64,000 nt of DNA from a virus (Duplodnaviria > Caudoviricetes). The stretch spans positions 130,883 through 194,882 of the IMG/VR virus record IMGVR_UViG_2721755486_000001; one strand, written 5' to 3'. The notes beneath the pieces were generated by a model. That model made no database searches. It saw only the letters and a program-made list of their open reading frames with translations, and had not been told where the DNA came from. Position numbers and translations under genes: made by a program. Below, one piece after another: positions 18,797 through 27,949 of this stretch. Numbering within the stretch: position 1 is the first letter of the stretch; each line of letters begins with the position of its first letter.

Positions 18797-18907
18797 TCAG
18801 TGTTTTACACCCCGATAATGCTGCATCATCGGCGTATGGCTGTCCTTGGACGGTTTCTTGACTGCTTGATCCACGTTGGCTTTTTCCTGCTTTTCCTTGT
18901 CTGGCAT
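18797..18907 (-). pseudogene. mutS: MutS N-terminal fragment (36 aa) at the att junction
   Basis: MPDKEKQEKANVDQAVKKPSKDSHTPMMQHYRGVKH*; HTPMMQxY is the conserved MutS start motif, and similarity is lost right after it. Confidence 0.65.
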
Positions 18908-18993
18908 GGCTTTCGGCGGGGTTCGGTGGGCTTCTTGCGCGATCTACATATACCGTCCGCACCCGTCCTCACGCCAATGCACTCGCGCCTTCA

Positions 18994-19083
18994 GCGTAGC
19001 TTTTTGGCGAACGGTCCTAGGAAACCTACGCTGCGTGCGTGTGTCCCACTTCCAGGAAAACCTACGCCGAGAAAACCTACGCC
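18994..19083. repeat. AAACCTACGC repeats, probable arm-type sites of the prophage integrase
   Basis: Direct copies at 19022, 19058 and 19073, plus an inverted variant at 18994, directly before the int ATG. Confidence 0.65.
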
Positions 19084-20409
19084 ATGCAATTCGATGCCCG
19101 AGCTGCGAAGCTGCTGCAACCAGGCGAACACCTGGTGATCGCCGATTGTCCAGGCCTCCGGTTGGAGGTCAGTGCCACGCGCCGTAGCTGGATCTACCGC
19201 TACAAGTCTCCGGTCGACGGGCGTATGCGCCAATCCAAGATCGGCGCCTGGCCAGCCATGTCACCGGCGGCGGCTATCGTCGAATGGGAGCGGCTTCGGG
19301 CCGCCCGCGATGGTGGCGCAGATCCCGCTGCAGAGAAGCGCGCGGCACGCACCGCAGCTCAAGGCAAAACAGCCGATAGTTTACCGCACGCCGCTGACTA
19401 CACCGTCCGTCGGCTGTGCGACGACTACCTGTCCGGATACATCGAGCGCCGGCGGAAGAGGAAGGGGGCGGACGAGGTCGGGCGTATGTTCAACAAGATG
19501 CTCGGTGGTCTAGGGAGCGTTCGCGCAGACAGTATTACTCGTGCCCAGGCATTTGACTTCCTGGATGGCTTCGCGAGCATTCCTGTGCAGGCCGCCAAGC
19601 TTCGTGCCGAGCTCGGCGCCGCTTGGGACTATGCGTTGGACGCGGGCCGGCTGTCGGATACCGTGCCTAACTGGTGGCGGCAGGTGATGAGGGGGCGACT
19701 GCGGAGCAAGGGCAAGCGCATTGAGGGCAAGTCTGTGGGCACTGCCAAGCGCGTGCTGACGCCCAAGGAGGTCGGCGAATTGGTCCGGTGGATGCCCAAC
19801 TTCAGTCGGGTGGTGGCGGATGCGCTGACGCTCTACCTTTGGACCGGCTGCCGCGGTTCGGAAATCGTATCGATGGAGGTACGTGAGCTTAGCGAGGAGC
19901 CCGATGGGCTCTGGTGGACTATCCCGAAGATGAAGACAAAAAACTCACATCGGGACGCTGCTACAGATTTGCGCGTACCGCTGATTGGCCGTGCGGAGCA
20001 GATCGTGCGTCGTCGCAGGGATATTGCTGTGAATGGCTACTTGTTCCCAGTGCGGCAGACTGGCGATAGGGCGACGGTTGGCCATATTGAACAGAAAACG
20101 ATTCAAACCGCTGTTCATTACCATCAGCCCTATTCGAAGACCAAGCCGAAGTCGAAGAGGCCGAGGCTGACCATCACGCATTGGGCTCCGCATGATCTAC
20201 GGCGAACCCTACGGACTACCTTGACGGCGCAGGGTTGCCCAACCGATGTGGCCGAGGCAATCATTGGGCATATGCAGCCTGGTGTGCAGGGTGTCTACAA
20301 CCTTCACGCCTACGACCACGAGCGACATGCTTGGCTCAAGCGTATCTCAGCATATTGGGAAGCGCAGGCGGCTCACGGAGGTGAATTTTTGCTGGCGGTT
20401 GCTCCATGA
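19084..20409 (+). CDS. int: Tyrosine integrase with Arm DNA-binding domain (P4-like)
   Basis: GLRLEVSATRRSWIYRY arm domain; TGCRGSE, HDLRRT, IIGH, VYN catalytic residues. Confidence 0.95.
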   Translation: MQFDARAAKLLQPGEHLVIADCPGLRLEVSATRRSWIYRYKSPVDGRMRQSKIGAWPAMSPAAAIVEWERLRAARDGGADPAAEKRAARTAAQGKTADSLPHAADYTVRRLCDDYLSGYIERRRKRKGADEVGRMFNKMLGGLGSVRADSITRAQAFDFLDGFASIPVQAAKLRAELGAAWDYALDAGRLSDTVPNWWRQVMRGRLRSKGKRIEGKSVGTAKRVLTPKEVGELVRWMPNFSRVVADALTLYLWTGCRGSEIVSMEVRELSEEPDGLWWTIPKMKTKNSHRDAATDLRVPLIGRAEQIVRRRRDIAVNGYLFPVRQTGDRATVGHIEQKTIQTAVHYHQPYSKTKPKSKRPRLTITHWAPHDLRRTLRTTLTAQGCPTDVAEAIIGHMQPGVQGVYNLHAYDHERHAWLKRISAYWEAQAAHGGEFLLAVAP

Positions 20410-20674
20410 GTGCTTCAGGGTTAAATGGCTTGTTGCGAACCCGCTGAACACTTCCTGTCATATGCAATCTCTCGACACGTATCAGGAGATCGTTGAAAAT
20501 GTTCAGTCATTTGGATTCTTGGGGGCGCTAAGTACTAACCAGGCTGCGCGCTGGTCACGGTGCGTGTCTTCATCACGTTGTCATGTGCGGTGGGTATGGC
20601 ATCTGGCAGTCGAGGGATGAATGGTGGCGAGACATTAGTGCAAGATCTTTCGAAATCTTAATCTGCGAGTGTGC

Positions 20675-21775
20675 ATGCGAATTAATTATTTGACGGTTAA
20701 TGGGCTTTTTGGGAAGCCTGGTGTCATTACCTATTGGTTTAATCCGGATTTGAATATTCTGACTGGACGAAATGGGGCGGGGAAAACAACGATCATAAAA
20801 TTGGCTTGGGCTTTAATTAGCGGCAATATATTGCTCGCCCTTCGGGAGGTGAATTTTAAGTCGTGTACTGTTGGTACGGATGAATATACTTGCACTGTCA
20901 TTCGAACGGGGTCCGTGCATTGCAGGATTGAGTTGGAGATCGATGGGGAAAGTCATGTTCTAGAGGACGACGATGAGGAGCCTGACGGTTATTGTGAATA
21001 TGCTGAGGATAAGGCTCAATCACGTATGGTCGGTAGGGGGGGGTCCATTTTCTTCCCTACATTCCGTCGGATCGAAGGTGGATTCTCTATAGCGCCTGCC
21101 TCTTCGAATCGACCTCGAGGTGGCACGAAATCAGTTGGTGAGTTGGAGGAGTCGCTGGTGTCGGTTTCTCGCAAGCTCTCGAATGAAAAGCATTCATTCA
21201 TTGCTGCATTGTCCAGTCAGGACATCGTGAGTTTGCTCTTGAAAAGGTACACGGCCTTATCCGAGGAAATAAACGCTTTTCAGGGGGACGTGACCAAAAG
21301 CGTTATTGAAAAAATTCGCCAATACGAGAAAACACAAAACAATCGACAGGATGCGGATGCTCTCCTCTCAGAAACTCGAGCGGAAATTGAGAAAATAGAG
21401 GAGTTTAGTTCGCGTACGCTGACTCCTCTTAATGGGGTTCGAGATCTCGTGGAGAGATTGTTTCAGCACTCTGGCATATCCTTTGGAACTCGATTGAGCT
21501 TTGGTGATGCCGCCGCCGCAGTGACAAGCGATGCATTATCGGCGGGTGAAAAGCAAATGCTCAGCTTCATTTGCTATAACGCATTTCATAAGAACTCCAT
21601 TATATTTATTGATGAGCCGGAGCTTAGTCTGCATGTCGATTGGCAGAGAAGGCTTTATTCGATTCTTGAGTCGCAAGAATCGGGCAATCAGTTCATTTTC
21701 GCAACACACTCTCCCTTTATTTACGCAAAATACCCAGATAAAGAGGTTAGCGTTGGTATCGATAGGGGGGAGTAA
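20675..21775 (+). CDS. ABC-type AAA_15/AAA_21 ATPase (PARIS AriA-like)
   Basis: GRNGAGKT, LSAGEKQ, FIDEPELSLH, ATHSP; low GC. Confidence 0.8.
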   Translation: MRINYLTVNGLFGKPGVITYWFNPDLNILTGRNGAGKTTIIKLAWALISGNILLALREVNFKSCTVGTDEYTCTVIRTGSVHCRIELEIDGESHVLEDDDEEPDGYCEYAEDKAQSRMVGRGGSIFFPTFRRIEGGFSIAPASSNRPRGGTKSVGELEESLVSVSRKLSNEKHSFIAALSSQDIVSLLLKRYTALSEEINAFQGDVTKSVIEKIRQYEKTQNNRQDADALLSETRAEIEKIEEFSSRTLTPLNGVRDLVERLFQHSGISFGTRLSFGDAAAAVTSDALSAGEKQMLSFICYNAFHKNSIIFIDEPELSLHVDWQRRLYSILESQESGNQFIFATHSPFIYAKYPDKEVSVGIDRGE

Positions 21776-21776
21776 T

Positions 21777-22547
21777 ATGAGTTCCGAAAAGGCGCGCCCA
21801 ACGGTGGATGAGATCTATGAGATCCTTAGGCGGACATCCCTTCCAACGGTCTTGGTGGAGGGGAAGGATGACATTATTTTTTACCGTTCTGTTGAGCATG
21901 AGTTACGTGATTTAGATGTTGATATGTTCCCGGCTGGTAATAAGGATGCTGTGCTTGAGCTTAGGAGGAGAATAAAAGAGAATCCCATATCGGCTCCGGT
22001 CGTTTTTGTTGTTGATAATGATCTTTGGGTGTATTCGATTGCGGGGCGGCCGAGTGGCATAGAGGACCTTATTACTACAACGGGATATTCAATAGAGAAC
22101 GATCTATTTATTGATGGCGATCTCGAGAGTTTTCTACGTCCCGATGAGGTGTCTGGATTTAAATCTGAATTAAAGCTGTTCTTGCGGTGGTATGCGCTTT
22201 CAATTAATAGAAATATTAATGGGTTGCCGTCAAGTTTTCGCACGCATGCGGGCAAAGTTTTGGACGACAAGGCTTTCTATGAGGCGGAAATGACCCTGCA
22301 AGAGGGGGAGGTCTATCCGGAAGCGTTGCTCGAAGAAATTCAATCCAACTATGGCACCCTGCTGAGAGGGAAGTCACTGTTTGCTTTGCTCCTTCGCCAA
22401 TTATCGGGAAAGAAGCGAGATGTGAAGTTTGGAGGTAAGCAATTGATGGAGATTGGGGCGTCTAGAAAGGGCTCTCATTTTCGGAGAATTCAGATCTCGG
22501 TGAGGAAATCTGTGGAGCAAGCCTTGGGTACTCTGCCGGTTTCGTAG
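21777..22547 (+). CDS. DUF4435 TOPRIM-like protein (PARIS AriB-like)
   Basis: VLVEGKDD, VVDND, GYSIEN, LRGK; starts 1 nt after the ATPase stop. Confidence 0.75.
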   Translation: MSSEKARPTVDEIYEILRRTSLPTVLVEGKDDIIFYRSVEHELRDLDVDMFPAGNKDAVLELRRRIKENPISAPVVFVVDNDLWVYSIAGRPSGIEDLITTTGYSIENDLFIDGDLESFLRPDEVSGFKSELKLFLRWYALSINRNINGLPSSFRTHAGKVLDDKAFYEAEMTLQEGEVYPEALLEEIQSNYGTLLRGKSLFALLLRQLSGKKRDVKFGGKQLMEIGASRKGSHFRRIQISVRKSVEQALGTLPVS

Positions 22548-22814
22548 CGGGTGCGCTGGTGGGGCCTCTAGGAACTCCGTTTTTGCAAATAATAAGTGTG
22601 CCTTCGTGCAGTCCGCATTTGCGAAGCCACGTGCGACCCGCCTAGGCAGCTTCCACAATCCAATATGGGCCCGGAAGAGACGTCCGATCGGGGGGGCAAT
22701 CCCCGTCTCGTCTCGGTTATTCGCACCGCTGCCGCTGCATTATCCGTTGCTGATCTCGCAATGGTTGATCTCAGTAGCATCGCTTCGCGTGGATTGCATT
22801 GTCAACTCTGGAGG

Positions 22815-23084
22815 TCAATTGCGCCGGCTTGTGTTGGGCGGTGGCGGCAGTTCTGAGACTGGACGCGTTTCGGCCCATTCTTCGAGCTCTCTAATGAGCC
22901 ACCCGACCCGATGCTTCGACAGAAGGCGAGGCTTCGGGAATGCTTCTTCGCGCACCAACTTCTGGACACTGGTTTCGGACAGGGCAACGATTGCGGCTGC
23001 CGTTGACAGGTCCACGTAGAGGGGCTTCGCAGAGACCGGCGAAATCGCTCTCCTCTTGCTTCTTGAGTCGCGTCCATTCGGCAT
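22815..23084 (-). CDS. AlpA family excisionase/regulator
   Basis: FPKPRLLSKHRVGWLIRELEEW. Confidence 0.8.
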   Translation of the reverse strand: MPNGRDSRSKRRAISPVSAKPLYVDLSTAAAIVALSETSVQKLVREEAFPKPRLLSKHRVGWLIRELEEWAETRPVSELPPPPNTSRRN

Positions 23085-23131
23085 GGGCGACAGTGAGCTA
23101 TCAGACGGCAGTGGGGCTGCGCAATTGACCG

Positions 23132-23641
23132 TCATTGCGCTACTCCAGATGGCGCCGAGGGTTGCATATCCGATACTCTCCAGCAAGTGTCCTGCGCTAG
23201 CCGACGGACTTCGCGCACGTAGACGGCCGTCGGGCCTTCCTCACAGTCATAGATGGCCAGGCAGAACCACCCCTTGCCGGCGGGTGACTTTGGTGCCCAA
23301 TCGGAGAAGTCGCCGGCAGGCCCGAGGTAGCGCTCACACGCTTTGGCGGGCAGCTCGTCGTCTTCCATCACAACAGACTTGACGTCGAAGCCATTGGCAA
23401 AGGCGAACCAATCCAGACGGAAGTCTGCGCCGCGCTGCGCTGGCAGCGCCGGGTGGAAGAAGTAGCCGTGCTGGTCTCGTTCGACGGGTACGGGCTCCAA
23501 CAGCGTGCGTACTGCTCCGGCAGCGCGAATGATGCGGGTGGCAATGTGTTCCAGATGCGTTGGGCGCATCCGGACGCTGCTCGGGCCTTCAAGAGTGCCG
23601 CCGGCGTTGGTGGCCATCTGCAGGAGGTCGAGGTTTTCCAT
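23132..23641 (-). CDS. Phage hypothetical protein
   Basis: GGAGG RBS; PVERDQHGYFFHP...WFCLAIYDCEEGP. Confidence 0.7.
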   Translation of the reverse strand: MENLDLLQMATNAGGTLEGPSSVRMRPTHLEHIATRIIRAAGAVRTLLEPVPVERDQHGYFFHPALPAQRGADFRLDWFAFANGFDVKSVVMEDDELPAKACERYLGPAGDFSDWAPKSPAGKGWFCLAIYDCEEGPTAVYVREVRRLAQDTCWRVSDMQPSAPSGVAQ

Positions 23642-23642
23642 G

Positions 23643-25802
23643 TCACACCTCCTCGGTAGCAGGTTCGGCCAGCAGCTCATCCAACGCTTTACCACTGGCC
23701 AGCGCGGTTTCTATCCAGGCCGGGCGCTTACCGCGCCCGCTCCAGGTGTTGCCGGCCTGGTCGCGGTACCGCACAGGGCGAAGCCGCGCCACCGGCTCGG
23801 TCGGAGGTGGGCTCGATTCTTCGGTGGCGTCTTCGGTCGAGGCGGTGGAGGGCTCCTGGTCTGGGAGCGCGGCAGCCGATGCGCCCGGGCCGCGGAGGAT
23901 CGCCGGTAGCCAGCGGCGGCCGACCAGGCGCTCTTCGGCGGCGCCGATCTGCGTTTCCTTCTTCAAGCCGGCGATCGCGTCGGCGGCCTCCTGGCCGGCG
24001 GCCTCGCGCACCGCCTCGAGGCGGCGCGCCTTCGGTACGCTGGCCAGGTATGAACCTGCGGTCGGTGCCCACCAGTCGGCCATGTCCAGGTCGACTGCTG
24101 CGGCGAGACGGTGCGCCTTCGCGTGGCCGTGGGCGTCCTCGCGTTGCTCGACCGTATTGATGCTGTGGGCGACGCAGACGGCCAGGAGGTCGATCTTGTC
24201 GACGTGGCTCAGTTCCAGCAACCAGGGGAAGAGTTGATCGCGATCACGCGGCAGCCGCTCCTCCCACGCGCCGATCAGCTCGTCCATGCGCGTCCAGGCG
24301 GCGCACCCCTCTAGGTCGGGCGCCATGCCTTGCCCACAAGTACGAATGTTGGTCAGGGAAACCTTGGCCACTGAGTCGTAGCGCGCGAGATCGTCGACGG
24401 CGTCGAAAAGGGGAGGGACCAGCGCATAGAGCAGTTCGGCCAAGGCGACGCACGGGTTGTCGGCGACCAGGGCCTGCAAGGCTGAAGTGCGATGGGCTGT
24501 CAGCTGCGTGACCAGGCGTTCGGACAGAGGGCGCAAGGCTTCCGGCTCGCCCTCGCCTGGCGCGGCAGTGGTTGCCCTACCGGCGTCGCCGGGGTCCGCG
24601 TCGCTGGGCTCGGCCGCTGTGGTGCTCTTGGCCTTCTTCTTGTTCTGCTCGGGCCTGATCAGGCCTCGGTGGATCGACAGTTCGCCCGTCATGTCGATTC
24701 GAACGATCACGCCGGCTTTGGCCTTCTGCCGGTCGGTGAAGATCTCGCGTCGCGCTTCCACCTCCTCAATGCGCGCCTCGACGCTGCCGAGTTCGGTCGA
24801 CAGCGCTTCGTCCTCGATGTCGAGCGCTTGGATCTTCTCGTCCAGCACCTTGGCTTGCGCCTGCAGCTCACCGAGTTCCGCCTGCTCCTCGTCCGTCAGG
24901 TCGCGCTTCTTCGGCTGGCTTTTGCCGAAGAGGGTCATGTCATGGAGGCTGATGCTCTCGTTGGCCTCGACCCAGCTCCAGCCCTCCTCGCGCACGCGCT
25001 CCGCAACACCTTCAAGTTTCTCCAGGGCCAAGCGTTTCAGGAGCGAGCCATCGCCGATGTACCCTCCGCCATCGCTGAACAGGTCACGGAGGACGGGACC
25101 TCCGGCCTCCTCGTAGGCATCGAGGCCAACGAAGCGGGCAAGGCGGTCCGTCTTCGCATTGATGGCGCCTGGCTTGGCGATTGCCGCACGCAGCATGTCG
25201 GGGCGCGTCTGCCATTCACCTTGGCTCTTGGCGCGCTTCCACACCTGTTCCTGCCAGGCGTGGTCGTCCGTGATAGCCAGCGCCATCAGTTGATCCAGGT
25301 TCAGCTCGCCATCGCGGTAGCCCTGCACCAGGCGCGGGGAGACGTTGGCTAGCTTGAGGCGGCGTTGCACAGTTAGCGGCGTCGCGCCGAAGCGTGCGGC
25401 GATTTCCTCGATCGAGCTGCCGCTATCGATCATGCGCTTGAAGGCATCGAACTCGTCGGCCGGGTGCATCGCCTCATGCATGTTGGCGGCTACGCTGATC
25501 TCCTCCGCCTGGTCGGGGTCGGCCACCATGCAGAGGAACTCGAAGGACTCTGGCAGCTCCCCGGTGCCGATCCTCAGGTGCGCACCCTCCAGGCGAGTGC
25601 CGCCGTCGATCACCTCGAAGGCGGGGGCGTTCTTCTTGCGGCTGACGTGCGGGATGATGGTCAGGTTCTCAATCTGACCATGGGCGACCAGGGAGGCGCC
25701 TATCTCACGCACGCGCTTGCGTGGCCGGTTGCGTTGGTTGCGCGGCGAGATGATCAGGTCGAGTGCGCGGATGTGAAGCAGGTCGCCAGGTTTGTGGCTC
25801 AT
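23643..25802 (-). CDS. ParB/Spo0J-like protein with C-terminal H-NS DNA-binding domain
   Basis: ParB N-domain (SPRNQR, IDGGTRL, MHPADEFDAF) plus HTH; C-terminal YRDQAGNTWSGRGKRPAWI. Confidence 0.85.
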   Translation of the reverse strand: MSHKPGDLLHIRALDLIISPRNQRNRPRKRVREIGASLVAHGQIENLTIIPHVSRKKNAPAFEVIDGGTRLEGAHLRIGTGELPESFEFLCMVADPDQAEEISVAANMHEAMHPADEFDAFKRMIDSGSSIEEIAARFGATPLTVQRRLKLANVSPRLVQGYRDGELNLDQLMALAITDDHAWQEQVWKRAKSQGEWQTRPDMLRAAIAKPGAINAKTDRLARFVGLDAYEEAGGPVLRDLFSDGGGYIGDGSLLKRLALEKLEGVAERVREEGWSWVEANESISLHDMTLFGKSQPKKRDLTDEEQAELGELQAQAKVLDEKIQALDIEDEALSTELGSVEARIEEVEARREIFTDRQKAKAGVIVRIDMTGELSIHRGLIRPEQNKKKAKSTTAAEPSDADPGDAGRATTAAPGEGEPEALRPLSERLVTQLTAHRTSALQALVADNPCVALAELLYALVPPLFDAVDDLARYDSVAKVSLTNIRTCGQGMAPDLEGCAAWTRMDELIGAWEERLPRDRDQLFPWLLELSHVDKIDLLAVCVAHSINTVEQREDAHGHAKAHRLAAAVDLDMADWWAPTAGSYLASVPKARRLEAVREAAGQEAADAIAGLKKETQIGAAEERLVGRRWLPAILRGPGASAAALPDQEPSTASTEDATEESSPPPTEPVARLRPVRYRDQAGNTWSGRGKRPAWIETALASGKALDELLAEPATEEV

Positions 25803-25816
25803 ATCGGGCTCCGGGG

Positions 25817-26236
25817 TCAGTCGATGATGGTGTCGCCTTGCGCCTGCAGCTGAGCTTTGACGAGGGCGTGGGCGAGGTTGAAGGCGTCGAGGCGGGTCCG
25901 GCCGAGGGCGGATTCGACGTGCGGGGCGGCGGCGCGTAGGGTCAGCTCGTCCAGCCGGCTCAGGGCCACCATGCCCGTCCGCTCCCAGCGGCCGAAAATG
26001 GCGGCCATGGCGCGGCGGGCGGAGTGGATCTGGATCAGCGCATCGGGCGCACGCTGTGCGGCGAGGGCTACGGCCAGCACGTCCAGGAGGCGCGTGAGCC
26101 GGTTATAGCTTTGGGTCGTGGGCGCGTGGATGAAGGCCACCAGGTCGGTGGCGAACGTCAGCCGCAGGCGCGGCTGGGACACGGTGGGCTTGGGTGGACG
26201 CACTCGGCGCGGATGGTGGAGATGGCGCGTGCTCAC
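25817..26236 (-). CDS. Phage hypothetical protein
   Basis: Overlaps kinase stop; same operon. Confidence 0.6.
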   Translation of the reverse strand: MSTRHLHHPRRVRPPKPTVSQPRLRLTFATDLVAFIHAPTTQSYNRLTRLLDVLAVALAAQRAPDALIQIHSARRAMAAIFGRWERTGMVALSRLDELTLRAAAPHVESALGRTRLDAFNLAHALVKAQLQAQGDTIID

Positions 26237-26775
26237 AGGCCACCTCCGGCGAAGGCCTTGTCGCCGACGATGCGGTCGAGTTGGTCGTAGAGCTGGAACA
26301 GGCTGCCATCGTTGTGGATCTCCTGGTCGCCTTCACGAAGCTGCACGCCGGCTCCTGGAATGCGTGCGTGGGGGCTGGCGGCATCGGGCCGCACCAGGTG
26401 GATCAGGTAGCCGCCGCGGTCGCGGATCATGGCGGCTTCATCCTCGCCATCCACGTCGAGGAAGACGACATCGAGCCCCGCCAGGCTGTCCAGCTCGCGG
26501 GCCGCCAAGTCGGTCCACAGCGAGGCCTTGACGTGCGAGCGGCCCCACTCGGTGCCCAGCGACTGCATCAGCTGGTGCGGCGAACGGCCGATCCAGTCGA
26601 TGGCGTTGTGCTCGGCCGCCGGAGTGAAGTGGGCATCCGTCAGGCCAAGCCCGGCCTGCAGCATCTGGCGCAGGGGCGTGGCGAAGTCGAGAGGCAAGAA
26701 GCGGTGCGCTTCTGCCAGGTAGGCGGCAGCAGTTTCCTTGCCGGATCCTGTGCGGCCGGTCAGTCCAATCAGCAT
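26233..26775 (-). CDS. Deoxynucleoside monophosphate kinase
   Basis: MLIGLTGRTGSGKET, LMQSLGTEWGR, IHNDGSL. Confidence 0.85.
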   Translation of the reverse strand: MLIGLTGRTGSGKETAAAYLAEAHRFLPLDFATPLRQMLQAGLGLTDAHFTPAAEHNAIDWIGRSPHQLMQSLGTEWGRSHVKASLWTDLAARELDSLAGLDVVFLDVDGEDEAAMIRDRGGYLIHLVRPDAASPHARIPGAGVQLREGDQEIHNDGSLFQLYDQLDRIVGDKAFAGGGL

Positions 26776-26784
26776 GGTCTCTCC

Positions 26785-27009
26785 TCAGTCGAGGTCGTTC
26801 GCCTGGCGGCGTTTGTGGTCGATGAAGTCGGGATCGAGCCGGGGCCGCGCCGGCTGGCGGCGGGCTTGCTCGCGAAGGAAGGCGCGGCGGCTGCGCGCCA
26901 GCTTTCTGCGGATCGCGGGGATCTCGACCTGCTCTTCGGGTCGGCCGGAGCCCTTCACGCGGAGGAACTCCGCGATCAGCTCGGCCTTCGAGATCCGGCG
27001 CGCTGTCAT
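26785..27009 (-). CDS. Small hypothetical protein
   Basis: ORF in tightly packed early-left operon. Confidence 0.5.
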   Translation of the reverse strand: MTARRISKAELIAEFLRVKGSGRPEEQVEIPAIRRKLARSRRAFLREQARRQPARPRLDPDFIDHKRRQANDLD

Positions 27010-27127
27010 GCCGGTACTGCCGTCACGCTGCGTGCGCCGCGGTCCAGGGCATCCAGGATCGCGTCGCAGGTGGAGCGGAACAGGCCGGAATAGGTGAGGC
27101 GGCCGTCGATGGTGACGTGGACGTGGA

Positions 27128-27289
27128 TCATGCCGACCTCCCATCCGAGGTGGGGCGGATCGCGCTGGCCGCTTCGTCCATGGCCGTGGCCAGGCAGGAG
27201 ATGGCCACCAGTGCGATGGCGATCAGCGTGGCGACGAGGAGGCCGCGGTTGTTGCGCGTGATGCGCGCGTGGCGGTCGCGGGCGTTCAT
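27128..27289 (-). CDS. Small membrane protein
   Basis: MNARDRH...LLVATLIAIALVAISCL; ATGA overlaps on both sides. Confidence 0.5.
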   Translation of the reverse strand: MNARDRHARITRNNRGLLVATLIAIALVAISCLATAMDEAASAIRPTSDGRSA

Positions 27290-27723
27290 GCCGTGGCCTC
27301 CGCCGGCGCGGCGAGCGCCGCCGCCGCTTCGCGATGGGCCTGCTCTAGGTCTGCGAGGCGTGTCATCACGCGGACGGTGAGGCGGCCCTTCTTGAAGTAG
27401 GCATTGGCCAGTTCGTAGTCATCGCGGCCGACGAATTTGAAGCCCGTGAGCAGCAGTGCGCGGCATAGCGCCCGCTCTTGAGCGACCGACATCCCTCCAA
27501 GCGAGAGCCTCAGTCTCTCGCGGAACACGGGGTAGGTGTGCTCGATGCAGATGTTGGCGCCGGCAGCCTTGATGGCCGGGAGGTCTGCCTCCAGCAGCGC
27601 CAGGGCCGCCGCCATGTCCTTAATTTCCAGTAGGCGCCCGCGGTGGCGGCGCTCCTCCATTGCCAGAGCCTGCTGCGGCAGGGGCATGGCCATGATCTGC
27701 TCGTAGGTCGGGTGCTTTGCCAT
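27286..27723 (-). CDS. Phage hypothetical protein
   Basis: AAGGAG RBS; first gene of leftward operon. Confidence 0.7.
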   Translation of the reverse strand: MAKHPTYEQIMAMPLPQQALAMEERRHRGRLLEIKDMAAALALLEADLPAIKAAGANICIEHTYPVFRERLRLSLGGMSVAQERALCRALLLTGFKFVGRDDYELANAYFKKGRLTVRVMTRLADLEQAHREAAAALAAPAEATA

Positions 27724-27768
27724 TTCGGACTCCTTCCTCGCTTGGTCAATCGGGTCAGCCGTTCACTT

Positions 27769-27818
27769 GCGGCTAATATTAGCCGTGGGCTTTTGTTTTG
27801 ACAATAGCCTTGGGCTAA
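27769..27818. promoter_or_regulatory. Left operator region (AGCC-N4-GCTAA motifs; CGGCTAATATTAGCCG palindrome)
   Basis: Same motif recurs at 28963-28976 and 29012-29025. Confidence 0.55.
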
Positions 27819-27949
27819 TGATCTGGTGCTGAGAGGGAGGAGGGAACGGAAGAGGCTCGCTGAAGCGGGCTTCGGGCTGGGGCCTGCCCAGGTGGGGGCG
27901 GGCTCTGGCACGGACGTGTCTGATCAACAACTGAACTAAACTCGTCCGG

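Larger units (their letters stand above)
1..18800. mobile_element. Right portion of a conjugative/mobilisable genomic island (ICE/IME or integrated plasmid)
   Basis: Relaxase-helicase C-terminus, parA/RHH, small orphan genes with shared upstream repeats, defence/toxin cargo; ends at GGGCATAC repeat cluster and mutS-like att junction. Confidence 0.7.

Noticed and set aside
18780-19080. tRNA/tmRNA as the prophage attachment site
   Set aside because: No cloverleaf or T-loop motif; the junction instead encodes a MutS-like peptide
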